Of a DNA stretch of 64,000 nucleotides, positions 1-20,934 are shown piece after piece. The position numbers and the translations under genes were made by a program. The stretch spans positions 4,278,001 through 4,342,000 of the forward strand of contig NW_024704746.1 of NCBI RefSeq assembly GCF_018977255.1. Direction: 5' to 3'. The stretch comes from Callorhinchus milii. Lineage: Eukaryota. Below the pieces are notes generated by a model. It was not told the DNA's origin, made no database searches, and saw nothing but the letters and a program-made list of their open reading frames with translations. How positions within the stretch are numbered: the stretch's first letter is position 1; the number at the start of each line of letters is the position of its first letter.

Positions 1-24
1 GCCTCCCACCTCTCGGCTGCTTAC

Positions 25-70
25 CTGATCCCTCGGCCCCGCACCTGCTCTGTGGCCGCCTCCGCTGACA
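25..70 (-). other. Probable non-coding first exon of an unidentified minus-strand gene running off the left edge
   Basis: Strong donor CAG|GTAAGC on the minus strand (exon ends at 25, GT at 24-23). GC-rich, no ATG, directly next to a CCAAT/GC-box array. The 5' boundary is approximate. Confidence 0.45.
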
Positions 71-432
71 GCCCCGCCAGCCAATCGCAGGCCCGGATCC
101 TGCAGAGTGACAGCCCCCGCAAGAGTCCAGCCAATCCTAGCCCCGGATCCTGCAGAGTGACAGCCCCATCAGCCAATCACAGCCCGGGATCCTGCAGAGT
201 GACAGCCCCGCCAGCCAATCACAGCTCGGGATCCTGCAGAGTGACAGCCCCGCCAGCCAATCGCAGCCCCGGATCCTGCAGAGTGACAGCCCCCGCAAGA
301 GTCCAGCCAATCGCAGCCCCGGATCCTGCAGAGTGACAGCCCCGCCAGCCAATCGCAGCCCGGGATCCTGCAGAGTGACAGCCCCCGCAAGAGTCCAGCC
401 AATCGCAGCCAAACAAAGGGCGGGGCGGGGCC
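65..432. promoter_or_regulatory. Promoter minisatellite (~41-51 bp units) with 8 CCAAT boxes, TGACAG motifs and GC boxes
   Basis: Unit approx. GAGTGACAGCCCCGCCAGCCAATCGCAGCCCGGGATCCTGCA. AGCCAATC occurs at ~80, 130, 172, 214, 256, 306, 348 and 398; GGGCGGGGCGGGGCC at 418-432. Confidence 0.7.
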
Positions 433-654
433 AGCCGGGGTGAGCGCCCCCCTGTGGGCAATCCTGGCTCTGCACGGCTCAAGGGTCAGACTTGGGAGGG
501 GAATTGATTGGAAGATACAGTTGGGCATCAGTCCCGTTGCTGATCGTCATCGGCGTCTGTCCCCATTGCTCCACCATCGGAGGTTCGCGTATTCAGCCAC
601 GACGTCCTGCACCGAGAGGGCGTTGTAAATTGTTGTCGTCATCGGTGCCTGTGG

Positions 655-1166
655 AGGAGTCCTGTAGCGTAGTGGGTTAGAGCGCTCGCCTGGCAAGCGA
701 GAGGACCCGGGTTCGATTCCCGGCAGGTAAGACTGCACAGTCACTACACTTTACAGTGGATTCAGTAAGCGCTTTTGAGACGACTCGAAGACAACGATAA
801 GTTGCGATATCAAACTTTAGGTGTGGAATCCGGTAGCTCAGCGGTTTGAGCACTCGCCTCGCAAGTGGAGACCTGTGTTGTGTTTCCGGCAGAGAGGAAT
901 GCGGGACACGTTTCCTCACTCCACACGCCTCTGTTTGCCTAATGTTAGAGTAGGAACCCTGTTGTTAGTCGATTGGTAGACCGCTTTCCGGGGGTAATAA
1001 TTCGTTTTAAAAAAAAGTCACTCAATCCACTGTTATGCGCTGTTTGGCTGCAGCTTTTCGCCCACAAAATATGCAGTCAATTCACTTTACAGTGTATTCT
1101 GCAAAGTGTTTCGAGTCATCTCAAAGATATGGTAAGGATATCAAATGCACGGATTATTATATTATG
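655..1166 (+). mobile_element. Two tandem tRNA-derived SINE copies (one internally deleted, one near full length)
   Basis: tRNA-like heads with A/B boxes (GAGTCCTGTAGCGTAGTGG...GGTTCGATTCC at ~657; second head at ~823) and the family tail ...ATATCAAATGCACGGATTATTAT. Confidence 0.85.
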
Positions 1167-1734
1167 ATAATGTTCCACTTTGTACACTGGATTCCTGCAC
1201 TGAGGAGTTTCCCTGTGGGGAATGTGGCGATGCCATCAGTACCACAACTCTGCAACAGAGGGAGCCATATAAATGGGTGTTGGGAGTGAATTTCTGGCTT
1301 ACAAGCCAACAATTCCTGTTCAATTCCAGGTCAAAAAGTATAATAATATTGTCCACTTTGCCTTTGATCGGTAGTTGCTGTTTAAACTCCACACCTCAAA
1401 CTGGTGGAACCATTGCTCAGTAGGAAGGTCCGTATGCCCGAGCTGCAGACAGGAAGATGGTGGCAATGCTCTCACACATTTCATGCTGAGCTGTGTTGCC
1501 CACCTTCGAAGGAAGTTCCAAGTACCAACAGTCTACCTAGTGAGGGCTCAAACCAACACTTCCCAGATGTCAAATAACCAACTAGTTACTCACCTCCTGG
1601 GGACGAGCACTGCTCTGTCCCAGAGGCACCGACACTGCCTGAAGGTATTCGAGTTGCTGTGTTGACCGCAGACTCACACACTCCGCGGACCGGGATTGAG
1701 GCATTGGCGATGCCCCCATTCCCGTCCGGAGGGC

Positions 1735-2270
1735 AGCTGGAACTGGGCTGGGCTGGGCTGAGCTGGGCTGGAGCTGGGCTGAGCTGGGCTGGAGCTGAGC
1801 TGGGCTGGGGTGGAGCTGGGCTGAGCCGGGCTGGGCTGGGCTGGGCTGAGCTGGGCTGGGCCGGGCTGAGCCGGGCTGGGCTGGAGTGGAGCTGGGCTGA
1901 GCTGGGGCTGGGCTGGGGTGGAGCTGGGCTGAGCTGGGCTGAGCTGGGCTGGGCCGGGCTGAGCCGGGCTGGAGCTGGGCTGGGCTGAGCTGGGCTGGCT
2001 GGGCTGGGCTGGGTGGAGCTGGGCTGAGCTGGGGCTGGGGGGTGGAGCTGGGCTGAGCTGGGCTGGGCTGAGCTGGGCCGGGCTGGGCCGGGCTGAGCCG
2101 GGCTGGAGCTGGGCTGGGCTGAGCTGGGCTGGGCCGGGCTGAGGGCTGAGCCGGGCTGGAGCTGGGCTGGGCTGAGCTGGGCTGGGCTGGGCTGAGCTGG
2201 ACTGGGCCGGGCTGAGCCGGGCTGGAGCTGGGCTGGGCTGAGCTGGGCTGGGCTGGGCTGAGCTGGGGGT
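1735..2270 (+). repeat. G-rich pentamer tandem repeat (GAGCT/GGGCT/GGGGT)n
   Basis: Directly visible; about 28 AGCT palindromes in ~535 bp with strong G-strand bias. Confidence 0.95.
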
Positions 2271-2466
2271 CAGGCGGACCCACGGGCCGCGCTTTGGAAC
2301 CTCCTGATCGGCTGTTCCCAGGGAATCTCTCTACCTGGGACCCGGGGAGCGAGTGAGCAGTCAGCACACAGTGCCACCTCCACACTACACTGACAGCAAA
2401 CAACCACTCCACACTACACTGCTCTGTGTGTGGGGGGGGGGGGGTCAGCCCTCCCTCGGGGGAAAG

Positions 2467-2776
2467 AGACACACACACACACACATAGGGAGAGAGTCAC
2501 ACACACACACACGGAGAGTCACACACACACACACACACAAGGAGAGAGTCACACACACAGGGAGAGAGTCACACACACACACACGGAGAGAATCACACAC
2601 ACACACACAGGGAGAGAATCACACACACACACGGAGAGAATCACACACACACACACACACGGAGAGAATCACACACACACACACACGGAGAGAAACACAC
2701 ACACACACACACACAGGGAGAGAATCGCACACACACAAGAGAATCACACACAGGAGAGAATCACACACACACACAC
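2467..2776. repeat. Compound (CA)n / GGAGAGAATCA microsatellite
   Basis: Directly visible. Confidence 0.95.
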
Positions 2777-2779
2777 TAC

Positions 2780-3010
2780 GCCACTTGTGTCAACAACTCC
2801 TTGTGGTTGCATGATCAACATTCCCACTACTTTCTGTGTAAAGAAATTTCTTCTAACATTCGTATTTGATCTATTTGTGACGAGTTTACATTGATGGCCC
2901 CTGGTTTTGGTCTCCCCCACAAGTGGAAACATCTTCCCTGTGTCTACCATATCAAAATCTTTCATAATTTCAAAGACCTCTATCAGATCACCTCTTACAA
3001 GAGAAAAGGG
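2780..3010 (-). mobile_element. CR1-type LINE ORF2 C-terminal fragment
   Basis: Translation RGDLIEVFEIMKDFDMVDTGKMFPLVGETKTRGHQCKL...RRNFFTQKVV is the typical CR1 ORF2 end. Confidence 0.85.
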
Positions 3011-3544
3011 TCCATGCATGTTCAGCCTTTCCTGTTAGGTATAACCCCTTGTCGTGGCTCGATGCGCTACCATAAACACAATTCAAAGACAGTTTCATCA
3101 ATCAACAACCATTGTAAGCTTTATTGACCCACTGCAGTGAGGGAAGAGGTCCGTTCAGGTTACAATACCCGAGCAGGACAACTTCGAATTCTATGTGATT
3201 ATACAGAGTATATGTATTTTTAGAATACATGATACACAAATCTTATCCAACCAAAATAGTTTGTTCACGTGAATACTTTTTTTCCAATTTTCCTAATTGG
3301 TAGTTTTTACTCTTGCATGGCTTTGTATTGTCTGTCAATTAAATTTGTCAAACATAGCGATACTCCTTACCAATTAATTTTAGTGAGGCAGGAAAGACCT
3401 TGGAGGAGATCTTTTGATTCTTTGCCAATAGATAGTACGCTTGCCAATTTTACTGATACAGGGACAGCACAAAGACAGTGCAATTAGAAGGTAAAGGGCT
3501 GTTTACACTGTAGTGCAAGATGTTTTTAACCCGTTATGTGATAG

Positions 3545-3860
3545 TTCAAATTACATTTCCACACCTTCTCCAGTGCCTCTACGTCCCAATATAATGTGGG
3601 GACCAGAACTGCACACAATATTCTAAGTGTGGTCTAACCAAGGTTCTATAGAAGTTTACAATAACTTCCCTGCTTTTCATTTCTATCCCTCTAGAAACAA
3701 ACCCCAATGCCTGGTTTGCCTTTTTGTGGTCTTATTAACCTACTTTGATACTTTTAGTGAATTGTGTATGTGTACCCCTAGATCCCTTTGCTCCTCTACC
3801 CCATTGAGGTTTTTATTTTCCAGGATGTATGTGGCTTCCTCATTCCTTCTACCAAAACAG
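3545..3860 (-). mobile_element. CR1-type LINE RT fragment
   Basis: Reverse complement of a CR1 RT segment (RPHLEYCVQFWSP-type motif at ~3595-3640). Confidence 0.75.
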
Positions 3861-4482
3861 TCGTAGATTGAGTGACCAAATGCTTATTCTTTTTAAAGAA
3901 ATTTAAAGGATTATTACTCCCGGAAAAGCGATCAGCTAATTGACTAACAACCAAGTTCCTACTTATTGCTGGGTAAACCGAGAGGCGTGAAATAAGGAAA
4001 CTTGCCTAACATTTCACCCTGCCCAGAAATCAAATTCAGGTCCTCTTGCTTGCGCTACGGGACTCCACATACTACAGAAGTGGTCACTGCACAGCACTGG
4101 TGATCAGCCTCACAGCACATGAGGAAGTGTGGGCTGGAGATTTCCTCACCAAACGGTAGCAGTTTGAGGCAGGAAGTGTGTGAGTGGTCACAGTGTGTCC
4201 ATGGCTGGCAAGTAACCAGCTCAGGGTGGGAGATCTGAGTGTGGCTATTAAACTGTGGTAAGCTTGCCACAGGTAGTTTGGCATCAGTCACTGGCCTCCA
4301 GCTAGTCACTGACATTGGTCACTGACGCTAGTCCCTCTTTGGCGCTAATTCATTTTGGTTTCACAACAACAACAAATGACATTGACACGGTGCTTTTCAC
4401 AGGGAGCAGGTTAATCACCTCTGGACTTTGGCTGCTGACTGGATAATGTTGTGTTTCTCTAGGGTTTGCTCAGAGCCTGACG

Positions 4483-11178
<6,696 letters not shown>

Positions 11179-11735
11179 GAAGACAACCCCCACACCCAGA
11201 TACTGGTGTGTCAGGCTGTGTGTCTGTGGGTAACACACACAGTCAGTAGTGATGACGTTAGCTTTGTGTGTGAGGATGTGAAGCTCCTGGGAGTCAGGAA
11301 ATAGAAATATTTTGCATTGGGGTATGGTGACTTTACAGTTGTTTCCCCCCGTGTCCGTCTCCATGCATTTCCCCACCTGTGTGTATGTCAAAATGTGTGT
11401 GTCTCCACGTCCCTGTGTGTGTGTGTGTGTGTCTCTGTCTATTTCCATAATAATAATAATAATCCTTGCATTTGATATAGTGCCTTTATCACATATTGGA
11501 GACGTCTTAAAAAGCTCACAGAATGTACTGTAAAGTGAATGTATATTTTGTGAGCGAAGCAACATCTCCATGTCTCTGTCTGTGTGTATAAACCAGGAGT
11601 GCGGAGTGTCTGGCTGTTACAGTGAGTGAGTGTTTCTCTGTGAGCGGAGTGTAAACTGCAGGTTGGGGTTGCGGAGGCTGAGGGTCTCAGTGAGCAACAT
11701 GAGCCTCAGCCCTGCTTCCTGCTGTATGGGTTCCC

Positions 11736-11790
11736 AATAAACGCACAAAACCAGCCTGTACTTTCTTACAGTGAGAATAAAATCTTTAAT
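11736..11790. terminator. Convergent polyadenylation signals of ACOT11 (+) and FAM151A (-)
   Basis: AATAAA on + at 11736-11741 and 11776-11781; ATTAAA on - at 11785-11790. Confidence 0.55.
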
Positions 11791-12452
11791 CAAACTTTAC
11801 AAAACCCGGAGACGAGCACTTACAGTGTATAACTTCAGTAAAATTGACTTTGGGAGGGGAGTGGGAGTGAGAGGTGCGGGAGATGGGGGTGGGAAGGGGG
11901 AGGGGTTCATGGTTGTAACCTTATTGCTGAGCCCGTCTCGTCTGATTGAAAAATCAGGATAAAAAGCTACAAAAAAGTACTCGCTGTATCACAAGCCTCT
12001 CACGCAGTATTTAAAGGGTTAATTATTGTCGAGTGTAAGCTGCCGTGACGGTGCGGAGCTGGTGTGGAGGTGGGTGAGCCGGTGGGCGGGCACGGGGGTC
12101 CTGCGGCGGGGAGTGGGGGGGCTGCTGTACGTCACCCCCAGAGCCCTCGCTGTCAGTGCTGCTCTGTACAGTCACCACCAAAATCTCCCCCCCCCCCCCC
12201 CCCACCATCACCCACTGCAGGCCCTGCCAGAGAGAGATAGAGAGGAAACCGTGTTAGTCTGTGCCTTAGTCTACACCCCACCCCGCGCGCACACACACGT
12301 ATATATCCCCCGTCAATTATCAATACTACAATGCTTTCATCTGAGATAATGTTCCCGTGATGTGCCGTGTGCGTGTGTGGTGTGAGAGAGAGAGAGATGG
12401 GGGGTTGATGGGGAAGGGGAACGAAGTGGGTGCTGTTACCTCAGGGTTGGGC

Positions 12453-17568
<5,116 letters not shown>

Positions 17569-17629
17569 CGCCGCCGCCGCCGCCACCGGCAACAACAACA
17601 ACAACAACCACCTGCCGCGGCCCTTTAAC

Positions 17630-17870
17630 AGCGGGGGCGGGGCCAGGGCCGAGAGGCGGGGCCAGGGGCGGGGCCAGGGCCGTGAGGCGGGGTCAGGGGC
17701 GGGGCCAGGGCCGGGAGGCGGGGTCAGGGCGGGGCCAGGGTCGAGAGGTGGGGCTAGGGCCGGGAGGCGGGGTCAGGGGCGGGACCAGGGCCGAGAGGCG
17801 GGGCTAGGGCCGGGAGGCGGGGTCGGGGGCGGGGTTAGGGGCGGGGCCATGGCTGGGGGCGGGGCCCCAC
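17630..17870. promoter_or_regulatory. FAM151A promoter: tandem GC-box (GGGGCGGGGCC/GGCGGGGTC) array in a CpG island
   Basis: More than 10 Sp/KLF-type GGGCGG-like motifs immediately upstream of exon 1. Confidence 0.75.
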
Positions 17871-17927
17871 AATCACCGGCTCCCTCACTGCAGTTGTGGC
17901 GCCGGGAAGAGATAGGTAGGTGTGTGG

Positions 17928-18264
17928 ATAATAATAATAATAATAATAATAATAATCCTCGCATCGGATATAGCGCTTTTCACGTCGGGAGGACGTCCCG
18001 AAGCGCTTCACAGAACACACTGTCAAGTGAAGTGACTGTATATTTGTGGGCGAACGCGGCAGCCAATTGCGCACAGCAATGTCCCACAAACAGTCGTAGA
18101 TTGAAAGTGACCAATTTATTATTGTTTTGTTTTTTGGAGGGATTATTATTAGGCTCTGTGTGGAGTAAGGAAACTTGCCCAAGGTTTCACCCTCTGCCTG
18201 GAATTGAACTCAGGTCTCTCACTGGCAAAGCGAGTGCTCTAACCACTGAGCTACAGGACTCCAC
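17928..18264 (-). mobile_element. Young full-length tRNA-derived SINE
   Basis: Reverse complement of the 6170 and 45730 copies, with a (TAA)n tail on the left. Confidence 0.92.
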
Positions 18265-18439
18265 GGATGGGCGTGTACGTGTGTGTGCGTGGGTGGGTTG
18301 GTTGGTTGGTGGTGGGGAGGGTGTGGGTAAGGTGGGTGGGTGTGTGTGTTGGTCGGTGGGTGGGTGTGTGGGTGGGGGTAGGGTGGGTGGGTGTGTGTGT
18401 TGGTCAGTGGATGGGTGTGTGGGTGGGGGTGGGTGGGGG

Positions 18440-18880
18440 TAGGGTGGTCCTAGCTGGACAAATAGCGTGAGTTTGCCAGACCACGCTCTCAATGGCGAGT
18501 GATGTGGGTTTAGCCACTTAGACCCCCAGCAATTACACCAACCGCACACTCTAGGGGTCCCCCAAGCCTGGGCTCTTGCCAACCTACGCCTAATACTTTC
18601 CGGAATTGAGTAAGCAGGATGCGTCCCTCCGGGGAGAGAGAGTGCGCGTTCCATTCCAGACGTGAATTTCCATTTTTAAGTAGGATGCACGGAACTCTCA
18701 ATTTGGGTTAGATGCTTTTAAGCACAGTGATGGGTTTCTGTGTGGTTAGACACCCGGCTGATCAGACTGATGGGTTTCCGTGCGTGTTAGACACCCGGCT
18801 GATCAGACTGATGGGTTTCCGTGCGTGTTAGACACCCGGCTGATCACACTGATAGGGTTTCACGTGAGTCAGACACTTCT
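18440..18880 (+). mobile_element. Unclassified interspersed repeat 3' part with ~40-bp terminal unit repeated about 4 times
   Basis: Alignable by eye with 4695-4835, 31695-31826 and 47070-47505. Unit TGATGGGTTTCCGTGCGTGTTAGACACCCGGCTGATCAGAC. Confidence 0.7.
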
Positions 18881-18970
18881 GCATTTTAATGGCATCAGAA
18901 TATTGATTGATTTGTGCATTAGAGATTCAATAATGTTTCAATAAGAATCGCCACCTTGAAGCCCTGTGTG

Positions 18971-18976
18971 TTTATT
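18971..18976 (-). terminator. Likely S1PR1 polyadenylation signal
   Basis: AATAAA on the minus strand ~870 nt after the stop codon, at the end of an AU-rich 3' UTR. Confidence 0.55.
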
Positions 18977-19842
18977 ACAGGATAATTAATGTCTTGTTAC
19001 ACCGTGCAACTTCAGCCAGAAAATCATCACATTCATTCGGGAAACATTGCTACACAGTGACATCATGTGCAATCTCATTTGTTTCTTATTTAAAAACATT
19101 TAAGGCTATTTTTTACTATTGCAACAAATATTCAATAATTTATTGACTTTGTTTGACTGTGTACAGATCCAATCGGTGACCCCCTCCCCCCCACCCACCC
19201 ACCCACCCCGTGCAACGCGACAGACTGCGAGAATGTGACCCATGGCTTCATTTTACTAGTATTAATAAATTAATTGAACCGGTTAAGCCACATAGTTAAC
19301 AAGTGGAGAGATTTTCTGACATTCAGAATAAACTGGCACCATTCTTACACCATTAATTTCAGGATTCTGATAATATTTCCTTAGATTAAACAACATTCAG
19401 CCACCCACACCATTCTGTCTCACATGGCCTGTTCATGCAGTCCTGCATCAATCCCGGTGTACAGTGAGTCTCTCTGTTAGTACACTGAGACCACAGCAGT
19501 CACTCTGTGTGTGCAGCGAGATTCACATGTTCCTCTCTGTCCATTCACGATGTGCTCGGCACGCGGAGTGACCCTGGGCCTCAAACCCACCATCGGCTAC
19601 ATTAATTTTTCATACACAAATGACATTTACAATAATAACATCTAAACATGTGTCCTGTGGCCAGGCATCGAGACTCAACCAAAGTCCAGGATCATTTGTT
19701 CTGACGATTAAAACTCTGCAGTCATATCCGGGGTCCATATCCGCGGATACCTTTCGGCCAGTGACCGGCTGGAGTCTGGCCTCTGGGAGTCAGTGTGGGC
19801 TGTGGCAATGGCTCTAGCCCAGGCCGTATCCCATGCGCTCCC

Positions 19843-20934
19843 TCAGGCCGAGGAGTTAATGTTGCCCGAGGACATGAGGGACTCGGGACCCTCCTCTCTG
19901 CGGGGACGTGGTGAGGTGTCGGATTTGCTGCGGCTGGATTCCCCGATCGGCGGCTCCAGCTTGCTGGTGGTGGCTGATCGGCAGCAGCAGCAGAGCAGCC
20001 GGAAGAAGGCTCGGCGCATCTCGCGGCTGGTCAGCGTGTAAATGACCGGGTTCATGGCCGAGTTGAGGACGGCCAAGGCCAGGAACCACTCGGAACGGTA
20101 CAGAATGGGGCAGCCCCTCACCTCGCACGCCACATCCAGCAGCAGGAGGATGAAGAGCGGTGACCAGCAGGCGATGAAGGCGCTCAACACAATGATCACC
20201 GTCTTGAGCAGCGCCAGCGATTTCTCGCAGCTTTTGCTGGATCGCATGGAGTACTTGCGGAAGGTCAGACTCAGGCTGCGGGCCCTCACCAGCAGGTAGA
20301 TCCGCGCGTACAGCAGCACAATGGCCATGAGGATGACGCTGAGGACACTGGTGCAGAAGAGGATGTAGTGCTTGTGGTAGAGAGGCAGCACGGTGGAACA
20401 GGATGGTAAGTCACTGATACAGTTCCAGCCCATGATAGGCAGCCCACCCAGAGCCAGCGAGAGCAGCCAGCAGCCACTGATCAGCAGGAAGACACGGTAA
20501 GTGCTGCCTGTGCTGTGCGGCTTCATCTTAAGCATGGTCAGGTACCTCTCGATGGCGATGGCGAAGAGACTGAGCACTGAGGCGGCCAGAGCCACAAACA
20601 TGCTGCCCTCCCGAACGAACCACTGCGTTGGCGTCAGGCTGAAGGTGTTGGAGCCGGACAGCAAGATGTTGATGGTGTAGGCTGCTCCGGCCAGGAGGTC
20701 AGACAGCGCCAGGTTCCCGATGAAGTAGTACATGGCTCGATGGAACTTCTTAGTTTGCCAAATGGCGAGAAGGACCATCAGATTCTCGAGGATAATAAAG
20801 CAGCAGACCACAATGAAAAGGATGGAGGCGACTTTGAGTCCCGCCTCGGGTCTGCCTGGCTTCAGCTTCCCCGTGAAATTGTAATGATCCACAATGATGT
20901 GCGAGCTGGCGTTTCTGTACATGGCACCTTCCAT
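19843..20934 (-). CDS. S1PR1: Sphingosine-1-phosphate receptor 1 (EDG1), class A GPCR, 363 aa
   Basis: Intronless 7TM ORF with [14 protein letters not shown] (ligand-binding R/E), [20 protein letters not shown] and a C-terminus SRSKSD...MSSGNINSS characteristic of S1PR1. Synteny with DPH5-SLC30A7 as in human. 5' UTR acceptor at 21111/21112; candidate upstream donors at 21783 and 22325. Confidence 0.96.
   Translation of the reverse strand: MEGAMYRNASSHIIVDHYNFTGKLKPGRPEAGLKVASILFIVVCCFIILENLMVLLAIWQTKKFHRAMYYFIGNLALSDLLAGAAYTINILLSGSNTFSLTPTQWFVREGSMFVALAASVLSLFAIAIERYLTMLKMKPHSTGSTYRVFLLISGCWLLSLALGGLPIMGWNCISDLPSCSTVLPLYHKHYILFCTSVLSVILMAIVLLYARIYLLVRARSLSLTFRKYSMRSSKSCEKSLALLKTVIIVLSAFIACWSPLFILLLLDVACEVRGCPILYRSEWFLALAVLNSAMNPVIYTLTSREMRRAFFRLLCCCCRSATTSKLEPPIGESSRSKSDTSPRPRREEGPESLMSSGNINSSA

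Noticed and set aside
52-528. Overlapping repetitive ORFs and a CRISPR-like periodic appearance
   Set aside because: A tandem minisatellite without unique spacers, in vertebrate DNA with no cas genes.
657-729. tRNA-Ala-like sequences (also at 6170, 16716, 18190, 40720 and 45730)
   Set aside because: They continue into SINE bodies and L2-like tails, have variable anticodons and lack a proper acceptor stem; these are SINE heads, not tRNA genes.
1582-2484. 300-aa Pro/Ser/Ala/Gln-rich ORF on the minus strand
   Set aside because: An artefact of the stop-free pentamer repeat, with no domain or splice context.
4463-4482. Possible N-terminal extension of ACOT11 from an upstream coding exon
   Set aside because: A phase-0 reading (GLLRA*) stops before the ATG and no upstream coding exon could be identified; ATG 4483 was kept as the start.
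18729-18880. Hammerhead ribozyme in the 40-bp tandem unit (CTGAT motifs)
   Set aside because: The core CUGAnGA...GAAA with correctly placed stems is not present on either strand.
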